Position numbers and translations under genes: made by a program. The notes beneath the pieces were generated by a model, which did not search any database, was not told the origin of the DNA, and saw only the letters and a list, made by a program, of their open reading frames with translations. This document shows, piece after piece, positions 34,945-48,463 of a stretch of DNA of 64,000 nt (position 1 is its first letter; every line of letters starts with the position of its first letter). This stretch comes from Saccostrea cucullata (Eukaryota), in assembly GCF_032062105.1 (NCBI RefSeq), contig NW_026918737.1:62001-126000 (forward strand), in the 5' to 3' direction.

Positions 34945-37319
34945 CTATTTACCTTCGTCACAAAGCTGTCCTCCTATTCCAGCTCTGCAGTTACAATAAT
35001 AGGAGCCCGCTGTGTTGACACACGTTCCATATAAACAGGGCTCTTCTTCACACTCATTGATGTCTACAAATCAAGTTAAAAAACACAAAAATTATGCTAA
35101 TGAATATGACGTTTGTGATGGAACAGTCTACTATTTTGCACAAAATCTCATTTCAACGATAGAAAAGAAAAATACAAGTTAGAATTATCTACCTTGATCA
35201 CAGAAAGTTCCGTTCCATCCAGGTGCGCAGGTGCAATTAAATGACCCAATATCATTGAAACATGAAGCACCATTTTTACAGGGAATTATTGTACTGTTAC
35301 ACTCATTAATATCTGTCAATGATAAAAAGTAGTTTTGTGTATATAATATAAAAATGAAACCAGAAAGGAGGACAGATAAACGTATTTTCTTACCTTGGTC
35401 GCAAAGTTCCCCTGTGAAACCTAGATCACAACCACATATGTACGATCCAGGATTATTTTCACATGTTCCATTGGAACATGGAGAGTCCAGACATTCATTG
35501 ATATCTGAATAGTATAATCAAAATGCATAATTTATTCTTTCAACAATACATTGATTGTAAGAAATGAAAACAACTTGGATAGTCATGAGACATTAAGAAC
35601 AATGAAATATATATAGAATTTTACCATTTTCACAGTTAATTCCAGTGAAACCAGGATAGCATGAACATTGGTACCCGCCATATTTTTCAATACAAGAACC
35701 TCCATTTTGACAAAGCTTCCATTTGCAATCATTATCTGAAAGCAATCCAAACAATTAGTTAATAAAGATTAGGGTGAAAAAAGAAAACTAACATATGAAG
35801 TGTTTACTAGTATATGTAGACAAAAGTATTTGATTACTCTTATACTTACCATCCGCTAGGGTGTAAAACCAGATACCATATTCACCTGCAAGGTCAGGAT
35901 AATAAATCGTTAAACTGATGATCTGATCATTTTCACAAAAGGAAAGGAAAAACACATGAAAGGAGTTGAATGAGAAAATTAAGAAAAAATCTTCTAGAAC
36001 CTGTATTTCCACGAACTTTAGTCAAGTTGAAAGCGTTGGCTTTGAATGAATTTTCGTTACGAAATGACGCCAGATTAGTCTTATATTCAATGGCCACTTG
36101 TCTGGAGGTCTGGGACGGATCAACATCTACGTCCATGTAGTTATAAATTGTATATGTTGTGATAAAGTCTGTCATTACAACACACTGAATCGTGATTCGC
36201 TGTAAAAGAAAGACATTTGTAAAAGCTGATTTAACGATGCAATGATTAACATGTACTTGTAATTATTTATGAAAGTAAAAAAAAAAACTGCAATATGCCA
36301 ATAATCTAAGATTGATTAATCTATTGAAATCTGAAAGAGAGAGAGAGAGAGAGAGATTACATCCTCGATAAAATCCACTATTCTTGTGTTCCACCACGTT
36401 ACAACTAAAACCCACTTTGCAGAAAATCCCGAATTTCCACTGTTATAGAGAACAGCAAAATTAGCTTTTGAAATCACAACATGATCCAACGGATTGTCAG
36501 CACTGTAAGTTGTGTAGAACACATAGCCATTATCACCACCTGTTGGATACAGGTCTGTCCAATAGGGTGCCAGCATGTCCGGTCCTTTATAAATCCTCTC
36601 TGGATGTAGAGAATGGCTTTCTTGTCCAAATACTATCTGGCCATTTGAACTGACCTAAACCAAAATTGATTCACAATACGTATAAAAGTGTAAGATTGAC
36701 CATAACATTGATCTACTTTATTCTGATTTATCTTTATTTGAAAGTTTTTAAAAACTTTGAGAAGGCACCTACATAAACATTTCGGTATGTTTTGTTGTAT
36801 CCAATAGGTATTCCATGTGATCCATCACCGACAAGTATTGCTGGAGATGATTGGTCATCAGCAGCGAGGCTATGTGCTAAGGATCCACGTGGGTATGTGT
36901 ACTGTACTATATTCAAGAAATTTAACTGAGTATCAGAAGTATTTTCACCGTGGGCATTCATGATATTGCAATTATATAAAATTACTAAATGCACTATAAA
37001 GATTCTAAGTCAGCAAAGAGAATTTTAAAGCGTCAAAATGAATATTTTTAAAAATTTATTTATCAAAATCTTACATAATGCTCTAACAGAACGATCTGTA
37101 GGTTTAAGTCTTTGTGATTGTCCAAGGATATATCTTGAAAAAAATATAATAATAATTTTGAAAAAAAAATTAAAGGAAAACATATAGTAAAAATATTCAA
37201 AACTAAAATAAGAATTCAAGGCACAAAAAATAAAGAAAAGTTTCATACCTCTTAGTATCTGACGAACATACGCAGTATTTAAACACTCCCAAAATAAAGA
37301 TACTCTGAACTAAAAGCAT
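34945..37319 (-). CDS. Secreted NIDO-EGF protein A (signal peptide, NIDO, 4 EGF; ~417 aa)
   Basis: Exons 37319-37249, 37133-37075, 36906-36773, 36654-36361, 36199-36001, 35885-35850, 35735-35625, 35504-35394, 35312-35193, 35063-34953 (reads through GK* to 34945). NIDO motifs [48 protein letters not shown]; DINEC cbEGF repeats. Confidence 0.85.
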
Positions 37320-40097
37320 GACAAGAAAATATGTGTGTTCAAGTGCAATTTATGTTAACATAAAGTGTTGTAAACCGATAAGAAGAGTAAATTTTCTTGT
37401 CGTTGTCTTGAACTTTTGTATTGTTCCTTAACATAGAGATAAGAGAACTGAAGCATTTATCATGAGGTCTGCTTCCTTTCTTTTCTTTTTTTAAAACTTA
37501 AATTATCATTAAAATATAGTTTATATCCATGTTTTGGATACTTTATTACCATATTGTTTTACAAATGCTACAGAATACAATAACAATCATATCATTACTT
37601 CCTTAAGATTTTGCAGAAAAGAACTAAGAAAATTGTTTTTGCAAAAAATTGAGATATGGAGTCCTACAAATATAAATATGTAAATATTTATAAGTCATAA
37701 ATATGTATATATTAGAGATCAAACAGATAATAAACAATAGCAAAAAAAAATGATATTTTCGAGTTCCTGTGTTGAAAATTTCAAGGGCATATATGCTCTT
37801 TATATTTTCGTTTACAACATTTTTATGACATACCCTTTTTTAAAACTAAAATTCTGCATAACGTTACAAAATTAGCACAACTAGAACGTCTAGCTACCAA
37901 TTAGCTGCATGAACTTTTAAAAATAAGCTCTTTATGAAGTAGATAGTTTTTTCTTCAGGTATGATTTCTTGATTTGTATGAAGTACTTCGCAATAGAAAT
38001 CCAGCTGACTAACCTTGACACACTAACATAACACATTTCTCACAAGTTTTCTCTCACTTATGTAAAACTATTGAGTTTTATTGCGTGTACAAACTGACTA
38101 AAAAATATCATAACACAAATTATTTACAGAAGTCAAAACTCAACAGATTTAATTATGCTTCTGTTAATTAAAAGTCTCTTCAAATTTCTTTGTTTGTTCC
38201 GCCCCCCGATTTGTATTGTCATATGGACTTTGAGGTTGAACACTGTTTGTTATCTCCATAATCCAAGAACAAAGACCTCATATAATGATTTATGTTTTAT
38301 TTCTAATTTCTAGATTTACTTAGTTATACAAATTATACTAAAGATTTTCTTCATTTGGAAAGATTTTACTTTTTAATCAGAAATTATTCATCTCTCCACC
38401 GCCTTTATTAATTTTATGCAAATGTATCTTTCTGATTGTTTTGTCTTATTGATAGATCTCTCAAATAATCACGATGGTTTATCGATTTATCATTTTTCCG
38501 CAAAAGTAAACCCATAGTGAATGTTATTATTAATTTTTAAAAACGTTTAAATGCTTATACGAAATTTTGAATTAATTTCTTACAGTAGAAATGGAATTAA
38601 ACCATCGCAAATGGTACTTTTTGACATATCGTTAATTTTTTTTAACAATAATTTTTGATGAAATTAAATGATTTTTATTCAACACTTATCTCAATCACAA
38701 TTCCCTTTTTAGTCTGGCTTTGAGAGCTCAGACAAGTAAAGCAAACCCTAACAACAGATTTGTTTATTTGGGTCCTTGTGTGACTGTTTGCAATCTTGTT
38801 CTTCTGTGGACATAAAGATTTCGTTCTCAAAATTTGTTTCTAACTTGCATTATCTCCGTACTCAAATAACGGAGGGCATGAAGACTGCATGACTGATCAA
38901 AATAACTTCGAAAATATTAGACCTCTCCTACCCTCTTTCTCATTGAGCCCCTTCTGTGCTTAATTTGAACAAAACTTAAATAACTATCCACTACGTTTGT
39001 TGATGATTATAAAACAATTATGATAAATTTTAATATTTTGTTTGTTGATTTTTTTCAAATGTGCCTACAAAAAATTAAAAGAAATGAAAATATGAATATA
39101 AATCACTATATGTAAATACTAGTAATATAAATAAAAATATATAAATAAAAAATGTTTTTGATATATATTTTTGAAAGAGTTACCAATTTTTTACTGAATA
39201 ATATTTTTTCGCCTTAATCTGAATTAAACATATTATATGAATGTACATTTTGTTTGTTTTATTTACGTCTTATTTTTCCTGAATATTTGTTTATTTTGGA
39301 TATTGTGTTTTTCTTCCTCCAAAGTTTGACGTCACAATGTAAAACCTTGGACAGTTTTACTGCTTAAAACTTTTATATAAATCGTGTTTTACAAAACAAT
39401 TGCATTAGAATGTACACTTATATGTATGTTTTAATCTGACAGTGACTCCAACTGCTTTGCCTGATATTTTTATTTCTTCCTCCAAGTTTTGATTCAAAAT
39501 TAAACTTTGGACAGACACTAGAACTTTTATAAAATTCGAACTTTCGTTTTTTTTAAACGTTTCAAGAAATCTCACGTTTTTGTTGTCTTTAAATGTACAT
39601 GTATATAGAAAATTAATATACATAAGCCAACTGTACAAATCCTTTTCTATTACCATTCGAAAATGAATAAATAAGAACACATAATCTTTAAAACTTTTAA
39701 TGGTTCATAGAATAAAAGACCAAATTTATTAACCTAAAACATTATGATCTGCGTGTAGTTTGCGTGATTCTGAAAGAAGAGAGAACATAAGATGGTAAAC
39801 AAGTAGATCAATACAGTCAAATAAGTATTACAATTCTATTGATACATGTATATATCAATGTTGAACCGAGAACAGATCAATCACAATTTGGCTAGAGTTT
39901 TCACCATTTCCAAGATATCTAAGAGAGTAAAAGAAATTTTTATGCATTTGAATTACACGATCAGCTTAACAATCTTTTGCTCATAATTCTAAACCATGGA
40001 AACAAAATTGGACACTTTTTTATATATCCCAAAGTATATAAATAAGTATGAGTATGAACAATTTTTGAACACTAGTTTTAATAGTGTATGCATTTTG

Positions 40098-43000
40098 TTA
40101 AACAGACCCTCCTTCATCATTATCTTGCTTAATGTTTGTTTCTTTGAATTCTAGAAATTACTTTGGAAGGCTTGCTCTTCTTCTATATGACACTTTTATT
40201 TGTAATATAAGGGCATTGCAGGATTCAACAATATATATAAATAATTTGTTTTATAGGTAAAAATATAATTACCAAAACTGCATGTCAGCCCTGTAAACCC
40301 ATAACGGCAATTACATCGGAAGGAGCCTACAGTGTTCACACATGTTCCATTGTTTTCACACAGATATGTGTTGTTAAGACACTCATTTTTATCTGTAAAT
40401 AATCAAACCATTGACTAAACTCTTTTGATTTACCTACACTTTTTTGCATATGAAGTTTTTTTAAAAAATCTTTTTTAAGATTCACTTACAGTGAATATGC
40501 ATATTTTGACATCAGATTTGAGATGAATTAAAAAAAAATAAGTGAATTCAAATGTGATTTTCAAACAATTTTGTCATTTACCTACCCCGGTTACAATGTT
40601 GTCCTTGTAATCCAGGTTTGCATACACAACGATAAGATCCTGCTGTATTAACACAAGTTCCATATACACATGGATCCTCATCACATTCATTGATGTCTAA
40701 AGCCACAGAATTGAAAAATAAAGTCTTCAATCAATCAGTTGATCACGTTTTCTATGCATTCATTAATTGAAGTCATGTATGATTACAAAATGCTACCTTT
40801 GATAATATTTCAAGATAAATGATCTATTAGCTAGGTATGTCGAACTATATAAAATATTACTACCTATATCGCAAAGGGTACTGTTCCATCCTGGTGCGCA
40901 TGTGCAATAGAATGATCCTATTTCATTATGACAAGATGCGCCATTTTGACAGGGCATGGTTATATTGTCACACTCGTTAATATCTGTCAGGAATCAAAGA
41001 GAAATAATGAAAATTGCAACGTAGTAAACTCTATCATTACAAGACAAACACATCAAATATTTAACTTTTATACCTTGATCACAAAGTTTGGACGTGAATC
41101 CTGAATCACAGTCACATGTATAAGAGCCAGGGCTGTTTATACATGTTCCATTGAAGCACGGGGAACCCAAACATTCGTTGATATCTAAAAGCAAAATCAA
41201 CCGATTAACAGAAGACTCAATAGCCTTAATAATAATCTGAGTATAATGTAATAAAACGTCATTACAATGAATTGGATAATATAGAAGAAGATTAATTGAT
41301 TTTATATTGTTTAACGTCCCATTCAAAAATGTTTATTATAACAATGAACTGAGACTTCATACCCAGGAACAGAAAAGATTTTTTAAAAAAAATTAAAAAT
41401 TAGTGAGTTTTCACAATGAAATCAATAGAACTTCCCGAAGCAAATCTCTACCACTAGGCTACCGTGAGCGGTTTAAAGAATAAGATTTTCAAAAAATAAT
41501 AATAAGATCCTAGAGCCCTGAGTTTCGTTTTATAAAAAAGAAATTTCGAATTAGACCAACAGATTTAATTGATTATAAAAATTTGCAAAAAATTATTGTT
41601 AAAATTAGTGTTAAAATTCAATAAAATTTTTATAAAATGAAAGTTAAAAAAATTTGCAAGATTGAATTTGGTCGTAGTCGTAAGTTGTTTGGTAAAACGG
41701 GTCCCAGATCTTTGGGTCAGCAGCAAACATTTACCATTTTCACAGTTGACACCAGTAAAGCCAGTTGCACAAATGCATTTATAACCCCCATATTGTTCGA
41801 CGCATCTGCCTCCGTTTTGGCAAGGCTTCCATTTACAATCGTGAAATAAAAGTCAAATGATAAAAATGTAAAAATAAATAAATAAATAAATACATAAAAT
41901 AAAATAAAATAATTAAAAAATTCAAATTTTAATTATTAAAAAAGTTGATTATTCCAAAAGTTCAAACATTTACACTCATACTTGCTAGAAGTAAAAATGA
42001 GCTAGATCCAGTAGACGAAATATATGCAGAATATAAATGCAAAACATACTTTGAAATATGGGGTAAAAAGTGAAATTTGCAGCTAATGATACATACCATC
42101 TGCTATGACGTAGAACCAAATACCACGTTCTCCTAGATTAGAATAAGGTTTTAGTAGTCAAATACAGATAAAGAACTCTTGGAGTGTAAAATCAACATAT
42201 ATCATTATAATTATTTAAAATGCAAGATAATAAAGGGTTTTCATGGTGCTTCATTATTTTATAGAATTTTCATAGAATTTTGAAGCAGAATTATTTTTTT
42301 ATAACATAAATCATGTACTAATATTTTAATTCACTGGCATGAATAACTGTTATGATTAAGTGATAAACGCTTGTAATTTCTGATAGTAGAAATCTTCCCA
42401 AATTCGATTAAGCAGATCATTTAGTACTATAAAACATCATCAGTGTCTTTTCTCGGAGAACATATTGAATGTATTTACAGGACAAATAACATATGTCCAA
42501 CATCTTGATTAAAAGCTGTGAAAAATTATCAAAAGTGCGACAAATTCAAGATTTTTCCTAGAATGTGTTATAAAAATGCTTCCAAGCCTATTTTAGGATA
42601 GCAAGAGTGAATAAATCATTCCGAAAGAGACGAAAACTGCCAAATTTCTGCAGAGTTTTGCTAAAAATGTTCAATGTCACAATAGCCTATGGTATTCTAA
42701 ATATTTTACTCTCAAATGACGCCAACCGTGATGAAAAATTACATTGATTAAGTTTTATTTTGAATCATTTTTTAAACAAAATTAAAAACCTAAGGAAGTC
42801 TACTCTGACAACTGCACCACACAATTAAGAGAATTTATAAATATGTGAATTTTGTAAGATAACAATAATGATGAAAATCCTTAACCACAAACCTGTGTTT
42901 CCTCTGAAATTACTCATTCTGAAAACGTCGTCTGTAAGAGAATGAACGTTACTAAATGTCTGAATATTTGTTTTATATCCAATAGCTACGCTCTTCGAAG

Positions 43001-44166
43001 AATGGCTTGGATCAACATCTACGTTCATATAGTTGTATATTGCGTAAGTTGTGACAAAATCAGTCATAAGGATGCACTGGATCGTAACTCGCTGAAAAAA
43101 ATAATAAAAGATATTTTATACCTTGGTTAATAGTAACTTTTCAAATACCAGAGAGAGAGAGAGAGAGAGAGAGAGTTAGTTACATCATCTGCGGGAAAAT
43201 CCACCACTTTAGTATTCCACCAGGTCACAACTAAAACCCATTTTGCGTTAAATCCTGAATTCCCACTGTTGAAGAGAACAGCAAAATCTGCCTTTGAAAT
43301 AACACTTTGATCTTGAGCTCTGTCAGAACTGTATGTTTTATAGAAAACATATCCATCGCTTCCACCAACTGGAAATAAATCTGTCCAGTAAGGTGCGAGC
43401 ATGTCAGGTCCTGTGTAATGTGCCATCGGCCGAGGGCTGCTGTTGTTGTTTCCAAAAAGTATTTGACCATTTGTGCTGACCTTAACAAAATTATGAGTAT
43501 TTATTGTTTTAATACAGTTACATTCGGTTGCAAGTTTTTTGATACGTATTTCTAATAAAAAAAAACAACATTAAGCTTCTTAAGATGTTATGACATTTCT
43601 TACGAATACATCGGTGTATGTTTTATTGTATCCCACGGGTATTCCTTGTGCTCCTCTCCCAACATGATAAACTGAAATCGCTTTGTCATCTCCACTTACA
43701 CTATCAGAGAGAGATCCTCGTGGGTATGTATATTGTACTATGAATATATAATGAATGTAAGTATGATATACTTCTTCGGAGCCAAGATTTTTTTTTATTA
43801 TTTCGACTTGCTTAGTTCTCAGAAAATGAGTTGGCATTAAAACCTTCCTAGAAGAACTAAGGAGCATAATACGAGTATATATGTTGACACACTTTCAATG
43901 AAATTAAAAACAGATATGAAACACAGGAAAGAATTCTTAGTTAAAACACGGTCTTACATAGATCTCGAACGTAATAGCTCTTGGATTTATGAAATGACTC
44001 TTTTCCACATACAAATCTATGGAGAAAAGGGTAAAAATCAACAAACTTACAAGAAAATTACAGTAAAAGAAAAAAATCCCACTTTAAAGAGGTTTAATGT
44101 TAAATGTTCAAACCTTCCAGTCCAACATGAGAACACCAAAACCAAAGCAAAATGAATTAAGCCCAT
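40098..44166 (-). CDS. Secreted NIDO-EGF protein B (5 EGF exons, EGF1 acceptor lost; ~430 aa if EGF1 is skipped)
   Basis: Exons 44166-44114, 44016-43958, 43737-43604, 43480-43184, 43091-42893, 42132-42097, [~41840-41735, no AG], 41184-41074, 40983-40864, 40696-40586, 40392-40273, 40150-40098 (EFKETNIKQDNDEGGSV*). Exon phases and most sizes match genes A and C. Confidence 0.8.
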
Positions 44167-44954
44167 ATTGATAGCAGTAGATTCAAAGTTGCAAGATACG
44201 TTGGTACCAAAGTGCACTAAACTGATAAGACTATATCAGGTCGCACTCGTGCATTGTAAAGAAAATTAAAGCGTAGTAGTTTGAATTTCGAATAATCTAA
44301 AAGTGTCACTGTTTGACACTTTAGAAAATTTCAGGCGCTATAACTGTTCCTATCATAAATATATTACCGTATATTTGAATTACGAGTCCTTTCCTTTCCT
44401 TTATAGAGTGTACATCCCATACATGAACCAAATGTGTTGTTGTTTTATATTGGTCTTTTGTTAACACGTCTATTTTATGCTTAATTAAGTTCACTATTAT
44501 AAAAAAGCGTAAACTGACCCTATATCGATAAAGGTTAACTATTTCTTATAATAATTTCAAAATAATTACAACTTTGTATAAATTTATGTTGCTTTTTATA
44601 GATATAAAATCTATAATTTGAATTTATTTGATTTCCTTATAGTTAGATCTTATATCAAATGTTTATGGTGTTTTATAATGTTTTTTTGGTTAACATGTCT
44701 ATTTGATATAGACTGGATAAATGATTAAGCTGGTTGTCAAGGGGCTGTAAAATTATACAAAATAATTTGCGTTCCTTTTTGGAAATCAACCAATGAGAAG
44801 TACAAACAAAATCTTTCAACAATGAAAAGGATTATGAAAAATGAATTTTTAAAAATTAGGTTTCTTACTTTCTATAAATGGAATCTGAAGAAATCAAGCT
44901 CAAAAGTCCATGAAAACACCACACATTTAAGGCAAAACAAACTAGGGCTTAATA

Positions 44955-45245
44955 AAAGAGAAGGGAACAGGTGCCATGGATGACTAAAGGTCCCTTGTTT
45001 ACCTATCAAAAACCCACTATATACATATGTTATTTACTGTATGGTTCTTGGCATGATTTGACATACGGGGAAATCCGTATAGACAGTTCAGTGTGTAAAT
45101 AATAGACTAAAACTTGCATAAAAAACTTTATAAGTCGCCGTTCAATTTGATTATTATATTTGCTGAAAAGGTCTTTGTATCGATCACAGACTTTGCAAAA
45201 TGTTGACTTTAAACTAGACCGTTGATATTCCTGTGCTTGTGGACA
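44955..45245 (-). mobile_element. Relic of a reverse-transcriptase C-terminus, probably Penelope-like
   Basis: QEYQRSSLKSTFCKVCDRYKDLFSKYN resembles the QGY...RLKSSFRKFYGRY.DL...Y RT-thumb tail of molluscan Penelope-like elements (recognised from memory, not searched). Confidence 0.45.
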
Positions 45246-45285
45246 GGACCCCCGACCTTCCACTGATTTGAAGCTTAACGATATT

Positions 45286-48066
45286 CACCCATTCTCAATA
45301 TAAGGGCACAAATGCCTCTCTGATTTTTTAAAAAATGAAGTTCAAGAAAACAATTTTTCTATCAATTACCTTTGAAAGAAAGTATCTGAAGATTTTGTTT
45401 CCAGATTTTTTTTCATCAAATTATAATACAAGGAATAATGACAAGACGATAAAGCAGAGGGTGATTTTATTCAAAAATGTAGCTTGAAATGTACGTTACT
45501 CTTTCTTCAATGTCCAAAAAGATATGTAAAAAAAATGTAGTCATTAAAATCACAATTGGAATAGCTCATCTTAACACCAGCACATCCTACCAACTCTGTC
45601 AGCAACATATTTCCTCGGCAAACGAACGTGCGTTTGATTTTTCCTTTCAAAAAACAAAGGTTACTTTTTGATCCAGATGTATAAAATTTTTTTTTAAATA
45701 TATGCTTTAAATTCTTCTCTCTGTTTTGTTTAGAGCGATCAGTTTGGAATCTTGTCATTTTTTATAGATACTGGAACTTAACATGTACATGTAGAAAAAT
45801 TCTATTTTTTAGTTACTATCTTTTTTAACATATATCCATGCCGATTTAGAAAACTACGTAAATGTAACGTACATTTCAAGATATATTTCTGTTTAATAAA
45901 AAGCTTAAAATTCATCTAAAAATTCATTGTTTTGATTCAGTTTATTAAAAAAAGGATTCTCTATGTAATCACATTGTGTTATATGTCGCAAACACCACTA
46001 TAAAGATACAATTGCCTCAGAATATGAGTAGGTAACGTACATTTCAAGCTTGTAATTTGTAAATTAGTAATAAGAAAATTTTGAAAAAAAGCAATTATTG
46101 ACATAAAATTCATTTCAATGAAGCGTTTTAAGGCAGTAATATAAGAAATCATAATGTAACAAACGAGGTTATTTGTCATTAACTACATGAATGTCACGTC
46201 ACTTCGGTAACGTTCATTTCACATATTATTGGAGAGTCCCCTCCACCTCAGTTCATTACCATTCTTTTGTGCTGTTTCGCTGAAATTGACACCGGTCGTA
46301 GCCTAGTTACTTCTACCTGTGTGCAAGGGTACAGACAAAAAAATATAAGAGTCAGACGTATTTTGCTATGATCTAACATATGCTCGTGTTTGGCCATGGA
46401 AACTGAACATAAATCTATTCCGAATATATCCATCGACAGTATGTTAACAATTTCATTTAATATGTTGCAACATCGTTTTTCAAAACACAAACATACGTGC
46501 TTTTCAGCAGATCTGGAAAAATATAACCCAAAATGCAATGATTCAAACAAAACTGAGTATTGTGTGCCTTTCAGTATTTGAAAGGTACGTGACCGTCTTG
46601 TGTTCTGGGTTTAGGCCTATTTGTTTCTTTTTTTCAATTTTTTGTTTCTTTTTTTACCAATTATAAGCCTATGCATACCTTGTTTAGATTATCAACAACA
46701 ATTAAATTATAATATTGACGAAAAGTCGCATATTAAAAGTAAACAAATTGCAATAAGGTTGCCAAAGATGAATTTAAGACACTTAGAAATAAATTTTCTA
46801 GCATGTGGTAACAGTCTAAAACATTTACGAGGATTGGGGGTGCATTTAGATGGATTTATGTGGCCAGTTGTCAAATGGATTGTAACGATAATTTTGTTTC
46901 GCTCGTGTAAACGCAATTCATTGACTAAATTTAAAAAAAATGTCAGTTAGAAATACGTGAAATGTACGTTACCATACGTAACGTACATTTCAAATATAAA
47001 AATCAATTCTCTTCCACAAGCATACGTTAGACACGCAATATATTGATACTATTTGAACTTGCATATCATAAGAATTGATCATACAGGTTTCGTATTCAGA
47101 AATATATACCAGGTATCAAAATTATTTTACATATAATTGACCTTAATATATTTTTTTTCCTCAGCAGAAACGTTTCTTTTCATTAATTTTGGGATTTAGC
47201 CGACCTCCAACCTTTGAAACTTTCCTTTGTGTACACATTCGACTGTGTGAAAGTATGAGAATACATGAAAATTCGTGCGAGATTCACTTAATTTGAATTT
47301 CATGGTAACGTACATTTCAGTAACGTACATTTCAAATGATAACTTTTCATGTAAAAAATAATTTTTAATTGTGTTAAGCAAAACGTCTTTGCCAGTTTGC
47401 AGGGTACAAGGGGTTGCTTACTCTGAGTCATCTCATATTTTCTACTTAATATATATTCTTAATGGAAAAATATAGGTAACGTACATTTCTTTCTTATCTC
47501 TACGATTGAAAATGTCTTTCATTCCGTAAACATATTTAAAAAAGTTGCTCCAATTGTTCAATTTCATGTTACATTATCTAAGTAGGAGTAATTAATCTAT
47601 TGAAATCTCAAATTTAGCCCATCAATTAGTAAAGGAGAACAAAACTATCAGGTGTATAATCTTTGTGTTTGCTTTTAATGTGGTTGAAATAAAATTAAGC
47701 GACAGGGACATTGCACAATAAAAATTATTTATTATCACAAAGAAAATGTATTTATTGTAATGAAAAGAAATATATATGATACAAGGTTTAACTTATCAGA
47801 AAATTTTTACTTAAGAATCAAAACTATATATTACACAGAGGGGATTCAGAATAATATTTGCCTCGGCGACAGTAACGTACATTTCAAATAGGCTACTATA
47901 TTTGAATTTGGAACTCCTTAAATACCCTTTCAGATCGATAATTATATGAATTCTTATTCATTGTTATATGACTATTTATAATGTTGATTTAAAAATTACA
48001 TCAGTGGTATTTCTTTTAAATGAAAATGAGGCGACATTATTTGAGCCCTTATATTGAGAAGGGGTG
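45286..48066. mobile_element. Non-autonomous CAC...GTG element (CMC: CACTA/Mirage/Chapaev-like), 2.8 kb
   Basis: TIRs CACCCATTCTCAATATAAGGGC / GCCCTTATATTGAGAAGGGGTG; 3-bp TSD ATT (45283-45285, 48067-48069); about ten internal copies of GTAACGTACATTTC. Confidence 0.75.
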
Positions 48067-48463
48067 ATTTTATCTTTTTATCATACATTATTATTCAACT
48101 ACACATTCAAAAAGCACTCCATTCCAAAATCAAAAACATAACGAAACAACGCGTTATTTAAGAAAAGGTCTACCCACGGCATTTTATGACACCGCTGGTG
48201 TGATTTTTCTAATAAAGCGTCAATTTTATGGGGGTTTTTTTAAGATGAAATACACTTAAAGGCTTGAAGAAAAATAAGGTCGAAGGAGGGAAAAGGCATT
48301 TAAAATATAGTATATTTATAAGCATGTCTTAAAATATCTTAAGTCAAATATAATCAATTTGTAAGTTAGGTCCCAAGTGGAAATAAAAATATATATATTG
48401 CCTTCATGAGTTTTCTTGGCAAAATATTGATTAAGTATATTAATTTATATTATATGTGATATA

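Noticed and set aside
36175-36190. Single unpaired Cys in the NIDO domain (IQCV/IQCI) as a cross-linking site
   Set aside because: It falls in the conserved TFQ(A/C/T)VL strand, likely buried; no evidence for an intermolecular disulfide.
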